From contig CAJWSW010000006.1 in NCBI GenBank assembly GCA_913046035.1, forward strand, positions 6,493-70,492: a DNA stretch of 64,000 nucleotides, read 5' to 3'. A program made the position numbers and the translations under genes. The stretch is from an uncultured Alphaproteobacteria bacterium. GTDB lineage: Bacteria; Pseudomonadota; Alphaproteobacteria; MPNO01; UBA830. Each line of letters opens with the position of its first letter. The stretch's first letter is position 1. The notes under the pieces are model-generated. The model was not told the origin of the DNA and searched no databases. It worked only from the letters and a program-made list of their open reading frames with translations. Shown piece after piece: positions 10,475 to 21,508 of the stretch.

Positions 10475-11226
10475 AATAGCAATCGCGCGCGCGCGCCTTC
10501 CTTTTCAAGAATTTCTGCATCCGCAATATCGATCGCATCAGGCGTACCGACGTGATACCAGTCACCGTCATGAGCAATACCATAAAGGCGCCCAGCTTCC
10601 AGTGCTCTATCGTAAAGTCGATTTATTGAAAAAGAACCGGACGGCGCATCCCTAAATAAACGTGGATGCAATATCTGCACACCAGTGAAGACATACGGCG
10701 CAATTTGTCGTTCCGGCCGACGTGTCAATTCACCCAACGCGTCCATCATAAAATCTCCATCGCCCCCATAACCGGTTGCCTGAACCGTCGCTGTCAACAT
10801 CAGGAGGGCATCCATCTTCTCTTCATCCCAGACGCGAGCTAACCGGTGCAGAGCCGGTATCGAAGCATCTCGCCAAATAACATCAGCATTTACTGCATAG
10901 AATGCTTGGTCACCCAGGAAAGGAAGTGCCTTCAGTATCCCACCGCCAGTTTCTAACAACTCTTCCTCGCGTGAAATATTTATCTTTAAGCCCTTTCGGT
11001 TAGCCAAATGATCCTCAATTTTATGGGGTAACCAATGCGTGTTAACTGTGACCGCAGCTACCCCTGCACTCTGCAACCTATCGAGCGCCTGATCGAGCAT
11101 AGTTTTCCCCCCAACCTCCAACAAAGGTTTAGGGCAAATCTGAGTTAGTGGTCGCATTCGAAGGCCCAGCCCAGCAGCTAGCACCATCGCATGGGTTGGT
11201 ACCCGATATGACCGCACACTGGTCAT
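10471..11226 (-). CDS. murU: nucleotidyltransferase family protein, MurU-like N-acetylmuramate-1-phosphate uridylyltransferase
   Basis: 251 aa, with N-terminal MVLAAGLGLRMRPLT sugar-nucleotidyltransferase motif. ATGA overlap with the upstream phosphotransferase gene. Confidence 0.75.
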   Translation of the reverse strand: MTSVRSYRVPTHAMVLAAGLGLRMRPLTQICPKPLLEVGGKTMLDQALDRLQSAGVAAVTVNTHWLPHKIEDHLANRKGLKINISREEELLETGGGILKALPFLGDQAFYAVNADVIWRDASIPALHRLARVWDEEKMDALLMLTATVQATGYGGDGDFMMDALGELTRRPERQIAPYVFTGVQILHPRLFRDAPSGSFSINRLYDRALEAGRLYGIAHDGDWYHVGTPDAIDIADAEILEKEGARARLLF

Positions 11227-12239
11227 AATGTGCTTCGATTAGAAGGAACAACACGATGGTCAGTAGGCACATATTCGTCTAGCCAGGTTTTCAATTCCCC
11301 GAGTGCCGGATGCATTACCGCCCGTTCAAGAAGACGCCAAACGCGCGGAACATGTTCCAAATATGAGACCTTGCCGTCACGATCTCGCAAACGCGTGAAA
11401 ATACCAAGCACCTTGCAGTGCCGCTGCGCTCCAAGGATGGCGCAGGAGCGGTCAAACAAGGTTTCATCGAGGTCTGGGAAAGCTTTTAGGTAACGTGTGC
11501 GGATCGCCTTAGTAACGCTATCGGGAACGTCTCGACGGGCGTCCTCAAGGAGTGAAATTAAATCGTAGGTCACGGGGCCTTTTACTGCATCCTGAAAATC
11601 GAGTAGACCGCAAGCCGCTATGCCGTCACGCATACCAACACGTATAAGGTTGTCGACATGAAAATCCCGGAGGACGAGTGTTTCAGGAACACCTCTGGCC
11701 CTTGGCAGTAAAGCGCGCCAAATCTCTCGATAGAGGGCAAACGCATTCTCATTGGACGATTTTGGCAAAACACTTGGTAAGTACCACTCCGTCAGGAGTG
11801 CCGCTTCTTTTTCAAAAAGGGCGTTGTCATATGGTAACAAACCGCTCGGGATAACATCGTGCGCAGGCCGCCGGTGAAGGTCAATCAATAAATCAACAGC
11901 AAGTGTGTATAGCTCTTCAGGCCGCGTACCGCCATCAAGCAGCCGCGAAAATGTCTCGTCACCGAGATCTTCAAGTAAAAGAAACCCCCGTTCCACGTCT
12001 TCAGCAAGGATAATAGGTGCGCTGTATCCACATTCCTTAAGTTTCCGCGCGATCAGGAGGAACGGTCGGACATCCTCCCGGTCAGGTGGAGCATCCATCA
12101 ATACTGCTCGTTCCGACCCCTGGCTAACGCGTTCGTAGCGACGAAAAGATGCATCCTCCGCCAGTGTGCAATGTTGCGCCTCCGCCCAGCCTGCGGATGC
12201 CAGAAAACGCTCGAGCGCTTCGGTGCGTCCGGCGCTCAT
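11223..12239 (-). CDS. amgK: aminoglycoside-phosphotransferase-fold kinase, AmgK-like anomeric MurNAc/GlcNAc kinase
   Basis: 338 aa in the APH/choline-kinase-like fold (HVDNL.. / DFQDA catalytic region). Paired with the MurU-like gene as in the AmgK-MurU cell-wall recycling pair. Confidence 0.7.
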   Translation of the reverse strand: MSAGRTEALERFLASAGWAEAQHCTLAEDASFRRYERVSQGSERAVLMDAPPDREDVRPFLLIARKLKECGYSAPIILAEDVERGFLLLEDLGDETFSRLLDGGTRPEELYTLAVDLLIDLHRRPAHDVIPSGLLPYDNALFEKEAALLTEWYLPSVLPKSSNENAFALYREIWRALLPRARGVPETLVLRDFHVDNLIRVGMRDGIAACGLLDFQDAVKGPVTYDLISLLEDARRDVPDSVTKAIRTRYLKAFPDLDETLFDRSCAILGAQRHCKVLGIFTRLRDRDGKVSYLEHVPRVWRLLERAVMHPALGELKTWLDEYVPTDHRVVPSNRSTL

Positions 12240-12700
12240 CTCAATGCCGAAATGTGAGCAATGCGGGCCGCTTCATCGATACCAAACTCGAGATGTATCC
12301 AAATCGCGCTGGAGGGTAAAAGTTCTTCGATTAAATCGGCCCATTCTATCAATAACGCACCTTCGGTAAGGGCCTCCTCAAGTCCAGTTTCCCATGCTTC
12401 ATCGGGTTGAGAAATCCGGTAAAAATCGAAGTGATAGACTGGAAAATCAGGGAACTCGTATTGCTGTACTATGGTGAAAGTAGGGCTCGGGACCATTCCG
12501 ATTTCGACACCCATTCCTAGGCCACGTGCTTTTATCAGCGCGCGTGCAAACACCGACTTTCCGGCGCCAAGATCGCCAGTAAGCGCGATAACGTCCCCGC
12601 GGCGGAGCTCAGCCGCAACGTTTTCCGCTAACGCTTCGGTCGCTAGCTGGTTTGGCAATTCGATTTTTCGCGCCTCTGCCAAGCTTCGAAGTTGAAACAT
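12236..12700 (-). CDS. tsaE: tRNA threonylcarbamoyladenosine biosynthesis protein TsaE
   Basis: 154 aa with P-loop GDLGAGKS, the size and motif of TsaE/YjeE. 4-nt overlap with amgK. Confidence 0.85.
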   Translation of the reverse strand: MFQLRSLAEARKIELPNQLATEALAENVAAELRRGDVIALTGDLGAGKSVFARALIKARGLGMGVEIGMVPSPTFTIVQQYEFPDFPVYHFDFYRISQPDEAWETGLEEALTEGALLIEWADLIEELLPSSAIWIHLEFGIDEAARIAHISALR

Positions 12701-12969
12701 TCCATTGGTTTATCGCCACGGCCGATTCCGCGCAAATGAAGAAGAAGTGCATTGAAAAGAATGATAATATAGGGCGGGTGCAATGATTTCATTGTCATCG
12801 ACGCTGGAAGAGCACTAACTTTTAAAAACTTTTGTTGTGGCGTTGGGCTTTCGCTCTAAAGAGCATCCACAATATGTTTGACCCGACTTTTGTGCACCGC
12901 CATTACTCACGCAAAATATGGATGTATCCTACCAGAAATGCCGATCTGACGAAATTTTTTCATTGGGTC

Positions 12970-14463
<1,494 letters not shown>

Positions 14464-14639
14464 TCCTCGGCTTAGATAGGCCATTGATAAATATAAGTCC
14501 GCCGAGACACTTGCAAAGAACAACACCTGTGAGCTTTAAACAAGTTATAGAGGCTGGGCGGAATCGGCCAAGTGTCCGGGGCAGTTTTAAACAAAAATTC
14601 GAGCTTTCCGCTGATCTTGTGCGACCCTGACCCCGTTGG

Positions 14640-14759
14640 AAAGTAAAAATCGTACAGGGCGATGCTTTTCCTAGACCATAAAACTTGTCGGGACTTTCTC
14701 CGAAGCCGCGTTTAGCCGGCGCCGGTCAGGGATAAAATAACCAAGCCAATTGCAGACAT
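14640..14759 (-). pseudogene. remnant of EIIA-Man (PtsM/ManX-like) gene
   Basis: Minus-strand ATG 14759 gives MSAIGLVILSLTGAG*. The EIIA-Man N-terminus is MIGLVLVTHGRLAE, so the active His is replaced and a premature stop follows. A further fragment (RRLNAASEKVPTSFMV) continues in another frame. No ORF of at least 60 aa exists in 14374..14794. Confidence 0.3.
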
Positions 14760-14794
14760 GTCAGCCGTTTTGTCGACATTAGTGGATGGCCTAT

Positions 14795-15703
14795 TTACTC
14801 ACCGCCATTCAAATCTCGGTGGCTAATGCTTACCCGTTCATTAATTCCCATCAACCAGTCTTTCAGTCGCTCGGCGACATAAACGGACCGGTGCTTACCA
14901 CCGGTGCAACCAACCGCAATAGTCAGGTAGCTTTTACCTTCCGCGCCATAGCGCGGTAGTAAAGGTTCGAGCAAATTGGTCAAGTTGCTTAGAAAAGATT
15001 TAAATCCAGCGTCGCGCTTTATAAATTCGCCAATCAGTGCGTCCCTCCCGGTAAGTCCGCGGAGGTTTTCCTCGTAGTGCGGGTTTTTTAGAAAACGAAC
15101 ATCGAATACCAAATCAGCTTCGCGTGGAACACCATGGCGGTAGGCAAATGAAGTAACGAAAATCGCAAGCCCAGGGGCATTATCCAATCCATAATTTGAC
15201 TCCAAAAGACCTCGCAGGTGGCTTATGGCCATATCAGTGGTGTCAATGACTTCGTCGGCGCGGTCACGAAGTGGCGCCAGCAGACGGCGTTCACCTTGTA
15301 TTCCATCGATAACACGGCGATCGGGCGCGACTGGGTGTCGACGTCGGGTCTCTGAAAATCGACGACGCAGCACCTCAGAATCGCAATCGAGAAATAGCAA
15401 ACGCAGTTTCAGGTCTTCTCTTCCGATCAATACGTCAATTTCCTCTAGGAATGGCTCAGCGCCAAAATCGCGCGTGCGCGCATCAACACCAATCGCAAGC
15501 GGGCGGTCACTTCCATTTCCAGGCGAGGGCAGGCTGGACAGCAACGACAAGGGAAGATTGTCCACTGCTTCATAACCAAGGTCCTCTAGTGCCTTAAGCG
15601 CTGTAGATCTGCCGGCACCTGACATGCCGGTAACAATGACAATCAACGAGGTTTTTTCGGACTGCATCGCGCCATATTCAGGGCCCCCGGTCCTTTTACT
15701 CAT
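14795..15703 (-). CDS. rapZ: RNase adapter / nucleotide-binding protein RapZ (YhbJ family)
   Basis: P-loop TGMSGAGRS followed by ALEDLGYEAVDNLP, diagnostic of RapZ. Track ORF is over-extended. The likely start is ATG 15703, which overlaps the stop of the upstream hprK-remnant frame (ATGA). ATG 15667 is an alternative. Confidence 0.85.
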   Translation of the reverse strand: MSKRTGGPEYGAMQSEKTSLIVIVTGMSGAGRSTALKALEDLGYEAVDNLPLSLLSSLPSPGNGSDRPLAIGVDARTRDFGAEPFLEEIDVLIGREDLKLRLLFLDCDSEVLRRRFSETRRRHPVAPDRRVIDGIQGERRLLAPLRDRADEVIDTTDMAISHLRGLLESNYGLDNAPGLAIFVTSFAYRHGVPREADLVFDVRFLKNPHYEENLRGLTGRDALIGEFIKRDAGFKSFLSNLTNLLEPLLPRYGAEGKSYLTIAVGCTGGKHRSVYVAERLKDWLMGINERVSISHRDLNGGE

Positions 15704-16140
15704 TGTTTTAGTAAATCCTTTTTCTCGGTTTTGGTCGCGGCAATGACCCAAACTGCTGTCCAAGCCCAAAGACACAACTTTATCGGCCTGAACACCTCAA
15801 ACGGGTCGATTAATATCCCGCGGATTTGCACCCCCAGATGCTCATATCGATCAGCGTCTTGCAACCGTTGAATGACAGCACAGTCTTCGAGATCACAAAT
15901 TAAGCCTAGTACCAGATCACTAACGTAGGGAATTTAATGCACTCCATCGCCTCGGACCTCAATACGACCCGTCAAAACTAAAATTAATGATGCGATAGCC
16001 TCGCCATCACGCTCCTTGACTAAAACCTGGTCATCTGAAATCAGAAAACCACTTGCATCGATCGAACGAAACGCAAGACGTTAATTGTCGGCCTCAAACG
16101 GACCGTGCAGGAGAACAACAAACCCACCTAATAAAAAATT
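15699..16140 (-). pseudogene. hprK: HPr kinase/phosphorylase gene, inactivated (short alphaproteobacterial form)
   Basis: A single minus-strand frame of about 147 codons reads ...NPNFLLGGFVVLLHGPFEADN*RLAFRSIDASGFLISDDQVLVKERDGEAIASLILVLTGRIEVRGDGVH*IPY...DRYEHLGVQIRGILIDPFEVFRPIKL...*. This is homologous to HprK (GVLI.GPSGSGKSDLALRLIDRGA.LV.DD..., LEVRGVGII). It has in-frame TAA stops at 16081..16083 and 15934..15936, the Walker A GxSGxGKS shortened to GPFEAD, and no start codon after the chvG stop. Confidence 0.6.
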
Positions 16141-16159
16141 TGGATTAATGTCTTGGCAA

Positions 16160-17767
16160 TTATGAGGGTGTTGTGGGCAGGCAAACGACGAAACGCGCGC
16201 CCGTCTTCTGACCGTCAACGCCTCTCAGGTTCTCAGCATGGATAGTGCCACCATGGGCTTCAATAATTTGGCGCGAAATACTGAGGCCGAGCCCGGAATG
16301 ACGTCCAAAACTCTCACTCTCAGGACGCTCCGAATAAAATCTCTCAAATATTGATTCCAAACTTTTATCAGGAATACCTGGACCACGATCTTCTATAGAA
16401 ATACTTAATTCCAGGCGGTTCCGCGCCATCACTATTGAGATCTCTTCCCCCGGCGGCGTGAATGAACGAGCATTACTGATCAAGTTTTGAAAAACTTGAA
16501 CCAGTCGCCCCTCTATACCACGGACGGTATAACCTGTCTGATCATCGCGCAAAACGAGACGAAGGCCCATGACCTCACCTATCTGGCCAGCCTCCGCGGG
16601 CTGTTGCACCTCCACCAGCGCGAGCAACAACTTTTCAAGATCGACTATTTCCATCTCCCCACGTGCAAGCTCTGCATCGAGTCGCGAAGCGTCCGAGATA
16701 TCACTGATCAAACGATCGAGACGTTTTACGTCATCCTGAATGATGTCCATCAACGCTGTTTGCTTTTCCGGATCCCGAACACGGGAAACTGTCTCAACCG
16801 CACTGCGAAGCGACGTAAGGGGATTTTTGATTTCATGAGCAACATCTGCAGCGAATCGCTCATTAGCCTCAATCCGTTGCCAGAGCGACTCAGTCATGTC
16901 GCGTAATGCCTCTGATAGATCTCCGATTTCGTCCTTCCGGCTAGAAAAGTTTGGAATTGCGCTTATCTCACCATGACCCGAGCGCACTCTGTCGGCTGCT
17001 GATGCAAGGCGCCGCACCGGACGGGCGATTGCCCCTGCAAGGTACAGAGAAAGAAGCACTGTAACGCCGAGAGCAATGCCGAATACCCCTAGGATATCAA
17101 AGCGGACATCACGGACTTTAGTGTCGATCTCCTCGGAGTCTGCAGTGACCAATATGGCGCCGAGCACCTGCCTAAATCTTTGAACGGGGACCGCGACCCC
17201 AAGTTTTATCCGACCGCTTGATAGTGACCAACGGTCGGCACTAGGTACTCCAGTAAGTGCTTCAGATAAAACTGGCAGTCTTGCAACGTCGAGCGGCGCC
17301 GACTCTGGGAACGCCGGCTCCTCGTTGCGTTGGGGAAGCAATGCCAGGAATGCATCATACACACGATAAAAGAAAGTCCCGCCGGACACTTTATCACCCG
17401 GAGTCGGCAACGGTTCAACCTGAACAGCGCCGCGATGACCCGCCAAGAATTGGCTGTCAGCGATTTCCGCTCCTCTCGCATCAAAAATGATTGTTCGCGT
17501 TCGCGTTGGCGCGGTCAGGCGACGAAGCATCAGCCGCGCCGCGCCGGGCCGCAAATACTGCGCGCCGTTTTCTTTTTGCGCGACTGCGCCCTGACCTAAG
17601 GCGCCGGCAAAAATCTCTGCCTGGGTTTCAAGAGCGTCGAGGTCTGCTTCAATCAACCCGTCGCGATATTCATCTAAATATAGAATTCCGATCACCAAAA
17701 TAGCGAGCGGAAAAACGTTTACGGTGAGAATACGCCGGGTAAGAGGAGAGAAAAGACGAAAAGTCAT
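16160..17767 (-). CDS. chvG: sensor histidine kinase ChvG/ExoS/BvrS family
   Basis: 535 aa with two N-terminal TM segments, HAMP, H-box HEIKNPLTSLRS and HATPase_c (GLGLSISRQIIEAHGG). Immediately downstream of chvI on the same strand. Confidence 0.85.
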   Translation of the reverse strand: MTFRLFSPLTRRILTVNVFPLAILVIGILYLDEYRDGLIEADLDALETQAEIFAGALGQGAVAQKENGAQYLRPGAARLMLRRLTAPTRTRTIIFDARGAEIADSQFLAGHRGAVQVEPLPTPGDKVSGGTFFYRVYDAFLALLPQRNEEPAFPESAPLDVARLPVLSEALTGVPSADRWSLSSGRIKLGVAVPVQRFRQVLGAILVTADSEEIDTKVRDVRFDILGVFGIALGVTVLLSLYLAGAIARPVRRLASAADRVRSGHGEISAIPNFSSRKDEIGDLSEALRDMTESLWQRIEANERFAADVAHEIKNPLTSLRSAVETVSRVRDPEKQTALMDIIQDDVKRLDRLISDISDASRLDAELARGEMEIVDLEKLLLALVEVQQPAEAGQIGEVMGLRLVLRDDQTGYTVRGIEGRLVQVFQNLISNARSFTPPGEEISIVMARNRLELSISIEDRGPGIPDKSLESIFERFYSERPESESFGRHSGLGLSISRQIIEAHGGTIHAENLRGVDGQKTGARFVVCLPTTPS

Positions 17768-17803
17768 TTGGGTAAATTATAGCAGCACCGAACTACACGA
17801 CCC

Positions 17804-18544
17804 TTACAATTCGCGAAATCGATATCCAATTCCATACAGAGTTTCAATTGCTCCGAAGTCAGGATCTGCTGTTCGGAACTTTTTGCGAAGACGCTTGATG
17901 TGGCTGTCAATAGTTCGATCGTCAACATAGATGGACTCACCATAGGCCGCATCCATAAGCTGCTCGCGCGATTTAACGTGGCCTGGATGCTGCGCAAGAA
18001 CTTTAAGGATTAGAAATTCCGTTACTGTTAGATCAACCCCTATTTTTTGCCACGTGCAGCTAAATCGGTCCAGATCCAACCGTAAGTCGCCACGAACGAT
18101 GGGCGGCTCAGAAGTTGTCACTTCGTGTTCTTTGAAATAGTTGCCGTGGCGACGAAGTAATGTCCGGATGCGTTCTATTAAAAGCCGCTGGGAAAAAGGC
18201 TTTTTGATATAATCATCCGCACCCATTCGCAATCCTAGAATTTCATCTACTTCATCTTCTTTAGACGTCAGAAAGATAACGGGCATTTTAGATTGCCGTC
18301 GCAGACGGCCGAGTAGTTCCATCCCATCCATGCGCGGCATTTTGATATCCAAGATTGCAAGATCCACGGGTCGAGCGGACAATCCACGAAGTGCAGAGTC
18401 GCCATCAGAATAAGTTCGCACTTCAAAACCTTCTGCTTCGAGTGTCATGGATACCGAGGTTAAAATGTTTCGATCATCGTCGACTAACGCGATCGACGCA
18501 GGATTCGATTGAGCGTTGGATTGGATAAGCGCGTTGGTCATCAT
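17804..18544 (-). CDS. chvI: OmpR-family response regulator ChvI/BvrR
   Basis: Receiver domain ([14 protein letters not shown]...[14 protein letters not shown]) plus OmpR winged-helix C-terminus ([18 protein letters not shown]). Track ORF is over-extended; likely start ATG 18544/18541. Confidence 0.9.
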   Translation of the reverse strand: MMTNALIQSNAQSNPASIALVDDDRNILTSVSMTLEAEGFEVRTYSDGDSALRGLSARPVDLAILDIKMPRMDGMELLGRLRRQSKMPVIFLTSKEDEVDEILGLRMGADDYIKKPFSQRLLIERIRTLLRRHGNYFKEHEVTTSEPPIVRGDLRLDLDRFSCTWQKIGVDLTVTEFLILKVLAQHPGHVKSREQLMDAAYGESIYVDDRTIDSHIKRLRKKFRTADPDFGAIETLYGIGYRFREL

Positions 18545-18759
18545 TATCACATTAATACTCTGGGTTGGGCGTTTAGATAGAAAAGTTGCCACATTGCGTT
18601 TCTTTTGACGACACTCAGGTGTGAGAGATGCCTTATATGATCAGTTAAGTCTGAAACATACCGAGGCTTTCCGCCAAACATTTTGATTTTTAACGTATAC
18701 GTCTTAATTGCGGCCGAAATAGGGCATGAGCATTAAACTCCGAGCGAAGTCAGTTAAAC

Positions 18760-19521
18760 ATGAGTGGATCTCAATCGATGAAAAATGACACCAAAACCAA
18801 CGAGCCTGCCCCCGGGGCTCTGTCGCGCCGGCTTGTTCGCGCTTGTGATCGGGCTGTTTTATCGACTTCGTTAGTAAACACGGAATGGCCTTACGGCTCA
18901 CTGGTAATGACAGCATGCGACCATGGCGCTAAACCAATTCTGCTGATTTCGGATTTAGCAGAACACACCACAAACCTTGCGACTAATAATCGCGCGTCTC
19001 TTTTATTCGACGGAACAGTTGGCCTCGACAACCCTCTCACCGGTGCGCGTGTTTCGGTTTTGGGAACAATAGCAAGAACTGAAGATCCCTTCCTGAAAGC
19101 ACGCTACATGTCCCGTCACCCAGAAAGCGAGGTTTTCGCTAACTTTGGAGACTTCAATTTTTACGAAATGGCAGTGGAACGCGCTCACATCGTCGCTGGT
19201 TTCGGCCTGATTAATTGGGTAGAAAAAGCAGAGCTTATATTCGACACTTCCGGATTTGAAACACTAGCGGAAGCCGAAAACGATATCGTCAGCCATATGA
19301 ACGAAGACCATTCCGACGCAATCACCCTCTATGCAACTTCATTATGCAACTTGCCAGACGGCGACTGGAAAATGACCGGCGTTGACCCAGAAGGGTGTGA
19401 TCTTCGGCTTGGCGGCGAGGTTGCCCGGGTTGACTTTAATAGGCCCGTGACAGACGCAGAGACTGCGAGATCAGAACTTGTCAAATTGGTTAAAGCCGCC
19501 CGCAAACCAAACAACGAGTAG
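18760..19521 (+). CDS. pyridoxamine-5'-phosphate-oxidase-like FMN-binding family protein (HugZ/DUF2470-like)
   Basis: 253 aa with PNPOx-like split-barrel N-terminal region and a C-terminal region with the conserved MNEDH motif of DUF2470. Same position between chvI and pckA as in Rhizobiales-type loci. Confidence 0.55.
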   Translation: MSGSQSMKNDTKTNEPAPGALSRRLVRACDRAVLSTSLVNTEWPYGSLVMTACDHGAKPILLISDLAEHTTNLATNNRASLLFDGTVGLDNPLTGARVSVLGTIARTEDPFLKARYMSRHPESEVFANFGDFNFYEMAVERAHIVAGFGLINWVEKAELIFDTSGFETLAEAENDIVSHMNEDHSDAITLYATSLCNLPDGDWKMTGVDPEGCDLRLGGEVARVDFNRPVTDAETARSELVKLVKAARKPNNE

Positions 19522-19707
19522 ATGCTAGCCGTGGCAAAAAGTTGAAAAGCCGAAAGTCTCCACCAGTCTGATTCATTGGCGTTTGACTCCCGCTTTTCCG
19601 AGGGTATGTTGCAGGGGTCTAAAAATCAGAAATATCTGGGGAAATTCGTCCTACCTCGAGGGCAAGATAGAACCTCAGAATTTTTCGGTTATGCTCAGGA
19701 GGTAAAC

Positions 19708-21312
19708 GTGAAGCACACTGGACGTCCCAGCTCATTCGGCCTTGAGAACCATGGTCTGGATAACTTGGTCAGCGCGCACTGGAACTTGTCGATCCCGGCG
19801 CTGTACGAACATTCGCTGCGACGCGGTGAAAGCGAGCTAGCGGCAGGCGGCGGCCTTGTCGTGACCACAGGCGAATACACCGGTCGTTCTCCAAAGGATA
19901 AATATATCGTCGACGAACCGGAGAACAGCGGCAACATCTGGTGGGGTCCAGTGAACAATAAGATTTCCTCAGACAATTTTAATACAATGCGCAACCGAAT
20001 GCTGGCGTATCTGCAACATAAAGAGGTGTTCGTTCAGGACTGTTATGCCGGTGCAGATCCAGATTACCGCATTAAAGTTCGCGTCATCACTGAACAGGCT
20101 TGGCACAGCCTTTTTGCGCAGAATATGTTCATCAACCCGTCAGAAGATGAGCATGCTGATTTTGAGCCTGATTTCACAATCCTACACGCGCCAAACCTTC
20201 AGTCGGTGCCTAACATTGACGGAACAGGGTCAGAAGTGTTTGTGATGCTAAACTTTGCCGAAAAGTTGATCCTAGTAGGCGGATCGCATTACACTGGCGA
20301 AATCAAAAAAACAATTTTCTCAGTCCTCAATTACTTATTACCGGCAAAAAATGTGCTCCCTATGCACTGCTCGGCGAATATCGGTGAGAAAGGGGATACA
20401 GCTATTTTCTTTGGGCTTTCGGGCACCGGCAAAACAACACTATCTTCAGATCCAACAAGGATGCTCATCGGCGATGATGAACACGGTTGGTCCGATAATG
20501 GAGTCTTTAATTTTGAAGGTGGGTGCTACGCTAAGGCCATCAACCTCTCTCAAGAGGCGGAACCTGAAATTTATGCCGCATCGCTGCGCTTTGGAACGGT
20601 CCTTGAAAATGTAACGCTGGACCCATTAACTAAATTCCCAAACTTTGATGACGATTCGCTTACTGAAAATACCCGATCGTCTTACCCGCTAAACTACATT
20701 CCAGGGACTAGTGTCTCCGGGATGGGCGGTCAGCCAGAGAATATCGTTATGCTCACGGCTGATGCGTTTGGTGTGCTACCACCCATTAGCCAATTGACAG
20801 CGGATCAGGCTATGTATCACTTCCTATCCGGTTATACAGCGCGGCTAGCAGGCACCGAACGTGGCGTCGACACGCCGCAGGCGACCTTCTCCACCTGCTT
20901 TGGCGCGCCTTTTCTTCCACGGCACCCGACAGTTTACGCAAAACTTCTCGGCGAACGCATTGAAAAGAGCGGAGCCAAATGCTGGCTCGTCAATACAGGT
21001 TGGAGTGGTGGCGCTTTTGGGACCGGAGAGCGCATGAAGATTGCCCATACCCGAACGATGGTGCGCGCCGCGGTGGAGGGCAGACTTTCAGCTGTCGCGT
21101 TAGCGCCTGATCCAAATTTCGGTTTACTAATCCCTGAAAATGTCCCCGACATACCCAAGGAAGTTTTGAACCCAAAAGAAACCTGGGATGATAAGAGCGG
21201 TTATGACGCCACTGCCCGCGATCTCGCGCATCGATTTGAGAGCAACTTCAAACAGTTTGAGGATGCCGTCACAGAGGATGTCAAAGCGGCGGGAATTCGC
21301 GCTGCTGCCTGA
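19708..21312 (+). CDS. pckA: phosphoenolpyruvate carboxykinase (ATP)
   Basis: Kinase-1a GLSGTGKTTLS, PEPCK-ATP signatures. Track ORF starts at 19576, but AGGAGG (19697..19702) followed 5 nt later by GTG 19708 gives a 534-aa product matching normal PckA length. Confidence 0.9.
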   Translation: MKHTGRPSSFGLENHGLDNLVSAHWNLSIPALYEHSLRRGESELAAGGGLVVTTGEYTGRSPKDKYIVDEPENSGNIWWGPVNNKISSDNFNTMRNRMLAYLQHKEVFVQDCYAGADPDYRIKVRVITEQAWHSLFAQNMFINPSEDEHADFEPDFTILHAPNLQSVPNIDGTGSEVFVMLNFAEKLILVGGSHYTGEIKKTIFSVLNYLLPAKNVLPMHCSANIGEKGDTAIFFGLSGTGKTTLSSDPTRMLIGDDEHGWSDNGVFNFEGGCYAKAINLSQEAEPEIYAASLRFGTVLENVTLDPLTKFPNFDDDSLTENTRSSYPLNYIPGTSVSGMGGQPENIVMLTADAFGVLPPISQLTADQAMYHFLSGYTARLAGTERGVDTPQATFSTCFGAPFLPRHPTVYAKLLGERIEKSGAKCWLVNTGWSGGAFGTGERMKIAHTRTMVRAAVEGRLSAVALAPDPNFGLLIPENVPDIPKEVLNPKETWDDKSGYDATARDLAHRFESNFKQFEDAVTEDVKAAGIRAAA

Positions 21313-21508
21313 GGACACTCATCGGATACAAAAAGCAGCCTTTGGGTTGTTCATGTCGGTTCGGTAACACTTTCTTGGTAAATATACATCCAAGATGTTG
21401 CGTAACAATCTGCCGCCCAGTCTGAAAATCCAAATGATTAAACGTTGTAACAGATCACCGACGAAAATGGTTGATCGGCAGGTTATTCAGAAATCCCAAA
21501 CCGTTTGA

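Noticed and set aside
15776-16159. Treating the 384-bp gap between rapZ and chvG as plain intergenic spacer
   Set aside because: Its minus strand translates in one frame to an HprK-like sequence interrupted by two stop codons, so it is better explained as a pseudogene than as spacer.
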